Source of the DNA: Comamonadaceae bacterium
GTDB lineage: Bacteria > Pseudomonadota > Gammaproteobacteria > Burkholderiales > Burkholderiaceae_C
Assembly: GCA_947372865.1 (NCBI GenBank)
Contig: CANBVJ010000001.1
Location: forward strand, 81,772 to 145,771
Direction: 5' to 3'
Length of the DNA stretch: 64,000 nt
A program made the position numbers and the translations under genes. The notes beneath the pieces were generated by a model. That model had not been told where the DNA came from and ran no database searches. It was given only the letters and a program-made list of their open reading frames with translations. Below, piece after piece: positions 58,201 to 64,000 of the stretch; position 1 is the first letter of the stretch, and every line of letters begins with the position of its first letter.

Positions 58201-58349
58201 CCCGACTTGGTGACGGGCAGGGCCGAGAGCGAGACGTCCTGTCGCGAATAGCCGTCCGTGGCTACGTTGGCGATGTTGTTGCTGACGGTAGACAACGCGT
58301 TTTGGTAGGCCGATACCGCGTTGCCTGCAATGCCTGCGATGTCGCTCAT
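55299..58349 (-). CDS. flgK: Flagellar hook-associated protein 1 (FlgK), unusually long (1016 aa)
   Basis: Canonical N-terminus (AVSAYQNALSTVSNNIANVATDGYSRQ) and C-terminus (GVSLDKEAGDLIRYQQAYQAAAKALQVASQLFDSVLQI). A central insertion of about 450 aa sits between them. Confidence 0.9.
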   Translation of the reverse strand: MSDIAGIAGNAVSAYQNALSTVSNNIANVATDGYSRQDVSLSALPVTKSGGLFLGSGVVVNSVKRQYDAFVESNLRNTNSDVSAQGPMVNYANRVVDVMGGQTMGLNTALDQFFTSARALSADTSSTVLRSSFVRDAQGVAQRFGQLSQQLSLIENETQSAIDNAVSQVNTLTKQLGVVNGQLTKQLTEAAQPPDLLDQRDLLLKDLSTFAHVNTRFSTNGQVTVSLGPTVNQDIVVSGTTVTPIGANYDAASSEKAALMLDPYGKATPLAGITSGTLSGLMAFRAQVLGNSQSALDNLAKTFVDQTNTIHEQGVDAYGNPGQALFKIDPTAAYASAGMTVAFEDPLLVAAAAQFRVTEGANNTGSANATLAYADPASTPSIAPATLTTAMVNNDSPSAAKTITVSRSIPATAVAIIPSGMQDVSIYLDSLQPGQQLQVLTRDGRQLIGQSMAGNSALLGSVMTQDNGFAAGASYSDAYLNGAKQSVQISGTATAAPSFLGIAIAGARAGDSAAGTASAILAQKASILAGAGAATAGITGIAADPNDPTKLLLTSNPTSPARPGLTQSLSSGIVFGAGVKLAYKGMDVFYGAQASVQLQPVYNSKDQISGTKPFAAQLQGGRIQDLGNGVAANALTLDGVPLPALASPVANAAAVANWINTISTQTGVSASAFNDIRIDAKQLNLTASSLVLNGVSIDTSALGTPQDLVAAINAAPTSNVRATLTVNGQLVLSNAAGHEGEDISISNLVNTGSPNTMGIAGGTYRGQISLTQPLTDVNGTPITKPIQLGFGSAGSPADLTQLGFRTGAFITGQAKDDLVVLVTGAAGTATVSASYSGEAIDAKQALRTNPMKVAFLSDTHYQITDVSTNTVVADRVFDPVHLDPGISYLGLQLTFTSPPKQGDQFTMDGNSDGVGNNENMLSLNALESKAVVGNKTLSNAYIDHVNEMGNIAHQATISQTALTVVHDQAVTSRDQVAGVSLDKEAGDLIRYQQAYQAAAKALQVASQLFDSVLQIR

Positions 58350-58885
58350 GGCGTGTCTCCGTCAGGCTTGTGGCTGCTGGCTTGCGTGGGCGCAAAGCGC
58401 TGCGTCAGTGGGATGGGGCCACCGACGCGCGGCAAGGGCGCCAGCACGGGTGGTGCTGCGTTCAGGGCCATGGCCTTGGCCGGTTCGGCCTGCAAGGACA
58501 TGCCTTTGTTGTTGCGGGCTTCGAGCATGGCCGCCGTGCTGGGCTGGGCCGCAGTGGTGTCGGGCATGTGCTTGACCAGCATGTCGGCCAAGCCCAGCGC
58601 GTTGCGCTTGGCCATGGACACCGACACTTCTTTGTCAAACATGCCTTCAAACGTGTCTTTGGCGGACGATTCGACCAAGTCCGCCTTGGGCGTGGCGTCG
58701 CGCATGGTCTTCATCATCATCTGCAGGAACATGGCCTCAAACTGCTGCGCGGTTTCGCGGGTGGCAGCCTTGGCGTCGGTGCGGGCCTGGCCCTTGAGCG
58801 CGCCCAGGCCACCGAAGTCGAGGTAGGAGCCGGTGACGCCCGTGCTGGCAGGGGCGGGGGGCAGGGCGCTGGGGTTCGTTTCCAT
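58346..58885 (-). CDS. flgJ: Rod-binding protein FlgJ, single-domain (no muramidase domain)
   Basis: 179 aa. The rod-binding block is present (AAQQFEAMFLQMMMKTMRDA....F.GMFD.E.....A.....GLADML). The C-terminal 70 aa are Ala/Pro-rich with no glucosaminidase motifs. The stop overlaps the flgK start. Confidence 0.8.
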   Translation of the reverse strand: METNPSALPPAPASTGVTGSYLDFGGLGALKGQARTDAKAATRETAQQFEAMFLQMMMKTMRDATPKADLVESSAKDTFEGMFDKEVSVSMAKRNALGLADMLVKHMPDTTAAQPSTAAMLEARNNKGMSLQAEPAKAMALNAAPPVLAPLPRVGGPIPLTQRFAPTQASSHKPDGDTP

Positions 58886-58896
58886 GGCGATGGGCT

Positions 58897-60036
58897 TTAA
58901 ATCACCAGCAGCTCGGCGCGCAGGCTGCCAGAGCTTTTGAGTGCTTCCAAAATCGCGATCAGGGCCGAGGGCGTTGCACCGACCTGGTTGACGGCGTCCA
59001 CGATCTGACGCAGATCCACACCCGGCTGGAACAGGAACATGGGCTTGTTGGGCTCGGTCACCTTGACGTCGGCGTTTTGCACATCCTTGGTCGTGCCGCC
59101 GCTGGACAACATGCCGGGCTGCGACACTTCGTTGGTCATGGCCACAGAGACGCTGATGGTGCCGTGACTCACGGCGGCGGCGAGCACGCGCACATTGCGG
59201 CTGATCACCACCGTGCCGGTGCGGGCGTTGACCACAATGCGCGCCGGTGGCTCGCCGGGCTGCACGTCGATGTTTTCGATCATGCTCATGAACGACACGC
59301 GTTGACTACTGTCCATGGGCGCGCGCACGACGATGGACACGCTGTCCAAGGCGCTGGCCACGTCGCCGCCAAACTTGGCGTTGATGGCTTGAATGATGCT
59401 CGAGGCGGTGGTGAAGTCGCCGTCGCGCAGGTTCAGCAACACGTTGTCGGCTTTGTCAAAAGAGTTGTCCACGGCCTTTTCAACCGTGGCGCCACCGGGA
59501 ATGCGCGCCGAGGTCGTCACGCCGGTGGACACCTTGGAGCCTGCAGCGCCCGCGTCAATGCCGGTGGCAGTGAGCGAGCCTTGGGCCAGCGCGTAAATTT
59601 GTCCGTCCACGCCGCGCAGGCTGGTCAGCAGCAGGGCGCCGCCGCGCAAATTGGTGGCTTTGCCGATGGCAGAGACATTGATGTCAATGCGCTGTCCGGG
59701 TTTGGACATACCGGGCAGGTCGGCGGTAATCATCACGGCGGCCACGTTTTTGAGGTCAATCTTGCCGCCGCTGGTGGCCGCTTCATAGTCGCTCAAGGGG
59801 TTTTCTTGGTTCACGCCCATGCGGTTGAGCAGGGTTTTCATGCTCTGGGTGGTAAACGACAGGTCGGAGCCGTCGCCCGTGCCTTGCAAACCCACCACCA
59901 GGCCGTAGCCGATGAGTTGGTTGCCACGCATGGCGGCCATGGTGGTCAGGTCTTTGATGCGGTCAGCGTGCGCCAGCGAGAACGGCAACACCCACAGCAA
60001 GGCCGCCAGGGGCAGGGAGTGGAGAAGTTTTCGCAT
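58897..60036 (-). CDS. flgI: Flagellar P-ring protein FlgI
   Basis: Signal peptide, then RIKDLTTMAAMRGNQLIGYGLVVGLQGTGD and the C-terminus ALKSSGSLRAELLVI. Start ATG 60036. Confidence 0.95.
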   Translation of the reverse strand: MRKLLHSLPLAALLWVLPFSLAHADRIKDLTTMAAMRGNQLIGYGLVVGLQGTGDGSDLSFTTQSMKTLLNRMGVNQENPLSDYEAATSGGKIDLKNVAAVMITADLPGMSKPGQRIDINVSAIGKATNLRGGALLLTSLRGVDGQIYALAQGSLTATGIDAGAAGSKVSTGVTTSARIPGGATVEKAVDNSFDKADNVLLNLRDGDFTTASSIIQAINAKFGGDVASALDSVSIVVRAPMDSSQRVSFMSMIENIDVQPGEPPARIVVNARTGTVVISRNVRVLAAAVSHGTISVSVAMTNEVSQPGMLSSGGTTKDVQNADVKVTEPNKPMFLFQPGVDLRQIVDAVNQVGATPSALIAILEALKSSGSLRAELLVI

Positions 60037-60056
60037 TGTGATGGAGCTTTCAGCCT

Positions 60057-60713
60057 TTAGAAAGGCCAGAGTTTCAACAGACCGCTGGTGGCCCAACCGG
60101 CGCGGCTGGCGGCAGCCATGTCGCCTGTGCCGCGGTAGGTAATTTGTGCATTGGCCAAGCGGCGCGAGGCCACGGTATTGTTGGGGGCAATATCGTCTGG
60201 GCGCACGACGCCGGCGACCTGAATGATCTCGGCGCCTTCGGTGAGTGCGAGTTGCTTTTCGCCGCGCAGCACCAGGTTGCCGTTGCTCATGACGTCAATC
60301 ACCGACACGGCCACCGAGCCCTTGAGCGTGGCGGTCTGGTCGGCGGTGCCGCTGCCTTCATTCTTGATGGAGCCGCCCAAGAGGTTGGCGCCCGAGAGCA
60401 ATCCGCCACCCATGCCCGAAGGCACGACGTCGTTGCTGGAAGTGCGCTTGACCACGCCGCTTTGGGTGCGACCGGCTTGGGTCGATTCGTCCAGGATCAC
60501 GGTGATCACGTCACCCACCTGAAAGGCACGGCCCCGTCCAAAAAAAGCTTCGCTTTGCGATCCGTTGTAAATCGCGCCGGTGGCCATTTGCGGCTGGCTT
60601 TGCGTCACCGGGTAGACCGGGCGAAAACCTTCGGAATGCGCCAGCGGCTCGCGCGGCAAGACCGAGCAAGCGCTCAAGGCAAGGGCGGTCAGGGCGAGCA
60701 AAACATGTTTCAT
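60057..60713 (-). CDS. flgH: Flagellar L-ring lipoprotein FlgH
   Basis: Lipobox LALSAC. Conserved GDVITVILDE and NGNLVLRGEKQL...E.I.VAGVVRP.DI. Start ATG 60713. Confidence 0.93.
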   Translation of the reverse strand: MKHVLLALTALALSACSVLPREPLAHSEGFRPVYPVTQSQPQMATGAIYNGSQSEAFFGRGRAFQVGDVITVILDESTQAGRTQSGVVKRTSSNDVVPSGMGGGLLSGANLLGGSIKNEGSGTADQTATLKGSVAVSVIDVMSNGNLVLRGEKQLALTEGAEIIQVAGVVRPDDIAPNNTVASRRLANAQITYRGTGDMAAASRAGWATSGLLKLWPF

Positions 60714-60725
60714 GGGGGTGGCCAA

Positions 60726-61511
60726 TTACATGTTCTGGTTGATGTACTTCAGCATGCCGTCGACCGCAGAGATGGCCTTGGAGTTGATCTCGTAGGCGCG
60801 CTGGGTTTCGATCATGTTGACCATTTCTTCCACCACGTTGACGTTGGACGCCTCCAGCGTGCCTTGCATCAAGGTGCCTGCGCCTGCAGTGCCTGGTGGC
60901 ACCACTTGCGGCACGCCGCTGGCGGGGGTTTGCAGCATCATGTTTTGGCCGGCGGCTTGCAGACCTGCGGGGTTCATGAAGCGGGCCAGCAGCACTTGTC
61001 CGAGTACCTGCTGGCCTGCGCCACCTTGCAATTCCACGGACACGGTCCCGTCGCGGCCGACCGTAACGCTGGCGGCCGTGGGTGGAATGGTGATGGCTGG
61101 CTGCAGCGGCGCGCCGTTGGAGGTGACCAGTTGTCCGGTTGCCGACACCTTGAAGTTGCCGTCGCGCGTGTAGGCTGTGGTGCCGTCAGCCTGGGTGATC
61201 TGGAAATGTCCGTCACCCGCAATTGCCAAATCCAGTGGATTTTGGCTGTTGATCATATTGCCCTGCACGTTGAGCTTTTCGGTAGCGACCACGCGCACAC
61301 CGGTGCCCAGCATCAAGCCGGTGGGCGCTTGTGTGGTGGCGCCGGTCTGGCCGCCAGCCTGGCGCACGTTTTGGTACAGCAAGTCTTCAAAAACCGCGCG
61401 ATCGCGCTTGAAGCCCGTGGTGTTCACGTTGGCCAGGTTATTGGAAATCACATTCATGCGCGTCTGCTGCGCGTCGAGGCCTGTTTTGGCCACCCACATT
61501 GATGCGTCCAT
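60726..61511 (-). CDS. flgG: Flagellar distal rod protein FlgG
   Basis: 261 aa with SNNLANVNTTGFKRDRA and C-terminus LEASNVNVVEEMVNMIETQRAYEINSKAI. Confidence 0.95.
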   Translation of the reverse strand: MDASMWVAKTGLDAQQTRMNVISNNLANVNTTGFKRDRAVFEDLLYQNVRQAGGQTGATTQAPTGLMLGTGVRVVATEKLNVQGNMINSQNPLDLAIAGDGHFQITQADGTTAYTRDGNFKVSATGQLVTSNGAPLQPAITIPPTAASVTVGRDGTVSVELQGGAGQQVLGQVLLARFMNPAGLQAAGQNMMLQTPASGVPQVVPPGTAGAGTLMQGTLEASNVNVVEEMVNMIETQRAYEINSKAISAVDGMLKYINQNM

Positions 61512-61573
61512 TGACTGCTCCAGGAATTGTTAAGTTATAGGGCTATAAGCAAGGCGCGTGCCTGGAAAAACCG

Positions 61574-62338
61574 TCAGCTGGCTTTCATCATCGTTGCACC
61601 AGATTCGTCACAAGTCTTGCTTTCTTTAATCAGGTTGACTTGCTGCTCAAACGAGCGGCTTTGGTCCATGAGCTTGACCATGATGGACAGGGCGTTGACA
61701 TTGCTGCCTTCGAGGGCTCCGGACGTCAGGTTGGGCTTCACAGGGCCTGGCGTGATATCAGTGCCCGCATCGGCGCCTGAGACGGCGAACAAACCGTCTT
61801 CCCGGCGCTGCAAAGGTGTGTTGCTTGCGTCGCGCATCATCAGCGTGCCGATTTGTAGCGACGGCGTGTTGCTTGGCTGTGCCGGGTCGCTGCCAAAGAC
61901 GGCCCCATCCGAACGAATCGTGACCCGCACACCCGGTGGTATGGTGATGGCGCCGCCGTTCTGGCCACGCACCAAAATACCGGCTCCGTTTTCCATAGCA
62001 CCGTCCGCGTTGACTCGCAGGTCACCGCGTCGCGTAAAGGCCAGTTTTCCATCGGGGGCAGTCACGCCCAGAACGGTGCTGCCGCTAAAGGCCACATCTA
62101 GGTCGTTGCCGGTTGCCACTACCGGACCAGCTTTCATGCTGATGTAATCCTCGGCAAAGGTTTGTGGCTGAAAGCGGCTTTTCAGACCCGAGCCGTCCAC
62201 CGCCACCGTGCGCATGGCGGCCTCGAAACTGCGCTTGAAGCCGGTTGTGGTGACGTTGGCGAGTTCGTTGACCGACATTTGTCGCCCAAGCGTGTGCTCG
62301 TTCATCGCCACTGCGGCGTTAAAGGCCATCCGATCCAT
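61574..62338 (-). CDS. flgF: Flagellar proximal rod protein FlgF
   Basis: 254 aa with ANVTTTGFKR and C-terminus LEGSNVNALSIMVKLMDQSRSFEQQVNLIKE. Confidence 0.9.
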   Translation of the reverse strand: MDRMAFNAAVAMNEHTLGRQMSVNELANVTTTGFKRSFEAAMRTVAVDGSGLKSRFQPQTFAEDYISMKAGPVVATGNDLDVAFSGSTVLGVTAPDGKLAFTRRGDLRVNADGAMENGAGILVRGQNGGAITIPPGVRVTIRSDGAVFGSDPAQPSNTPSLQIGTLMMRDASNTPLQRREDGLFAVSGADAGTDITPGPVKPNLTSGALEGSNVNALSIMVKLMDQSRSFEQQVNLIKESKTCDESGATMMKAS

Positions 62339-62370
62339 GGTGTTGGCTCCTTAGAGTGGTGTCAGACGGC

Positions 62371-64000
62371 TTATGAACGCAAGTTGATGATGGCCGAGGT
62401 CATCGTCGAGCTGGTTTCAATCGCCTTGGCATTCGCCTGGAAGTTACGCTGGGCGGTAATCAAGTCCACCAGCTCCTGCGTCAAGTCAACGTTAGCACGC
62501 TCGGTGGCGCCCGCGCGCAGAGTGCCGAAACCGGCAGAACCGGCATTACCTAGCGTCGCCTTGCCCGAGGCAGCCGAGGCCAGGAAGGTAGAGTCACCCA
62601 TCTGACGCAAGCCCACCGGGCTGGAGAAGTTGGCCAACAAAATTTTGGCTAACGACTTTTGTGTGCCGTTGGAGAACGAGGCGCTCACTAAGCCATCGTT
62701 TCCGATGGTCACACCCACGAGGTCTCCTTCAGGTGCACCGTCTTGCGACTGCGACAACACGGCGAAGGGAGAGGTGTACTGAGTGGACGCGGAGTAGTTG
62801 ACATTAATCGTCAAAACACCCTTACCACCCGCAAGGTAGACGGGTTCTAGCTGTGTACCTTGTACTGGCGAGACTAATTTACCTGCGGTGCTGAAGGTTA
62901 ATTCGCCTTTGGTCAGGTAGACCGGAGACCAGGTGGGCAGGTTCACAAAGCCGTCGCCACTGGTGGTCTCATTGCCTTGACCGTCAATGTACTTGGGCTG
63001 GGACACGCCAGAGACGGTATCGGCGTGTTGCGTGGGCTTGATCCAGGTGGAGTCTGTCCCGCGAGCAGCCTCGACCTGGTCAAGGCCCCAGTCTGCGCTG
63101 CCGGAAATCTTGATGAAGGAGTTAGCCCCTGTGGTGCCGCTGGTGAAGTTGAAGCGCTTGTTCGCATCGTCATAGGCGACTTTGACACCGTTGACTGTGA
63201 GCGGCTGGCCGGTGGGGCTGTTGGCGCCCATGGCGTTGATACCTTTTTGCAACTCGGCCTTGAATGTGTCGAGCGAATAGTCCGGCCGAGGTGGAATCAC
63301 CACGGTGGCCTTGACGCCGTCGACGGTCACCACAAAGGAGTTGTTTGTGTTGTCCACCGCAAAGTTGCTGGAGATGTTCTTTAGCGGCGTGGTTCCCGTG
63401 GCGGTTGCCGGGGTGGAAGCAATGCCGCGCAGTGCTACGGCCGAAGTGGTGACTAAGTTGACGGGGGCATCGGTAGCACTGCCGTTGGCGGTAAAGCCAA
63501 ATATCTGCTCCCCCACAGAGTTAGATGCTACCCCAGTAATCGCAAGGCTCGACTTGTCACCTGTGGTTCCCGACTGGAGGGTGAACACTTTGTTCACCGA
63601 GTCGTAGTTCATTTGCATGCCATAACGCTGCTCGGATGGCAGGCGAATGGCCAGGCCATTAGGAATCACTTTGGCGTCATAGTGGCCAGTGGTGTTGTCC
63701 AACACAGTCGGTGTGGGTGTCAGCTGGAACAGATCGTTCTTGAGCACCGTGGTTGGTGTACTGAGCTTGATCGTTTGCACTCCATCCATAAATTTAAAGC
63801 TCGACGTCGAATAGTCGTAACTGACTTTGATGGTGTTGGGTGTTCCATCTGCATTTTGCCCCAACGCGTCAAGCTGAGCCTGTATGGCACTGACCATCTG
63901 TTCAGTAGTTACCTGTTTTGGGTTGCTTGACAAGCCCAGGGTGCCTGGAACCAAATTGATGGACATTGGGTGTTCGACAACCGTCGGCGCCGCAGTGGTT
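62371..64000 (-). CDS. flgE: Flagellar hook protein FlgE, enlarged; N-terminus lies beyond the window end
   Basis: The C-terminus is canonical (LANFSSPVGLRQMGDSTF...ERANVDLTQELVDLITAQRNFQANAKAIETSSTM). The frame stays open from 63966 to the window edge. The track's first Met is followed by variable-domain sequence, not the conserved GLSGL...NNIAN N-terminus. Confidence 0.85.
   Translation of the reverse strand, partial: TTAAPTVVEHPMSINLVPGTLGLSSNPKQVTTEQMVSAIQAQLDALGQNADGTPNTIKVSYDYSTSSFKFMDGVQTIKLSTPTTVLKNDLFQLTPTPTVLDNTTGHYDAKVIPNGLAIRLPSEQRYGMQMNYDSVNKVFTLQSGTTGDKSSLAITGVASNSVGEQIFGFTANGSATDAPVNLVTTSAVALRGIASTPATATGTTPLKNISSNFAVDNTNNSFVVTVDGVKATVVIPPRPDYSLDTFKAELQKGINAMGANSPTGQPLTVNGVKVAYDDANKRFNFTSGTTGANSFIKISGSADWGLDQVEAARGTDSTWIKPTQHADTVSGVSQPKYIDGQGNETTSGDGFVNLPTWSPVYLTKGELTFSTAGKLVSPVQGTQLEPVYLAGGKGVLTINVNYSASTQYTSPFAVLSQSQDGAPEGDLVGVTIGNDGLVSASFSNGTQKSLAKILLANFSSPVGLRQMGDSTFLASAASGKATLGNAGSAGFGTLRAGATERANVDLTQELVDLITAQRNFQANAKAIETSSTMTSAIINLRS

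Noticed and set aside
63967-64000. Expected 3' end of flgD upstream of flgE.
   Set aside because: No stop codon occurs in any minus-strand frame within these 34 nt. The flgE frame also continues unbroken, so the simpler reading is that this is still flgE coding sequence.

Overview
GC-rich proteobacterial chromosome segment. By eye the composition, gene content and synteny fit Betaproteobacteria/Burkholderiales best; this is not computed. Positions 1-36.6 kb are tightly packed housekeeping genes: phnA (partial), prmC-prfA-hemA, a GNAT, ugpQ, a about 1300-aa DUF3683/FAD/Fe-S oxidoreductase, DUF971-ubiE-Tim44-like-ubiJ-ubiB, fmdB, DUF502, aspS, an orphan ABC ATPase, nudB-EEP-clsB, folE-BLUF-DUF429, yebC, moeB, ctpA, gpmA, rhodanese-grxC-secB-gpsA, dcd, rhlE, apaH, corC, ydcF, GST and pyrF. 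Positions 36.7-64 kb are a flagellar locus, almost entirely on the minus strand. In transcription order it reads flgE (runs off the window), flgFGHIJKL, fliD, flaG, fliC, convergent fliB, an inserted DUF4160/DUF2442 pair, a small Cys-rich gene, a FleQ-like sigma-54 activator, fliEFGHIJ, two unknown genes translationally coupled to fliJ, then a membrane-anchored alpha-carbonic anhydrase and a small anchored protein. I could read four sigma-28 (FliA) type promoters, in front of fliD, flaG, fliC and, unexpectedly, the carbonic anhydrase. I also read two sigma-54 promoters, in front of the activator and the small Cys-rich gene. The most interesting points are: (1) the predicted FliA-dependent periplasmic carbonic anhydrase module; (2) the two uncharacterised genes joined to fliJ by ATGA overlaps; (3) BLUF and DUF429 ORFs in one reading frame, separated by a single TAA; (4) a FlgJ with no muramidase domain; (5) enlarged, internally repetitive FlgE, FlgK and FliD. 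No rRNA, tRNA, CRISPR array, transposase or integrase was found. All family calls come from reading motifs by eye, with no database search.
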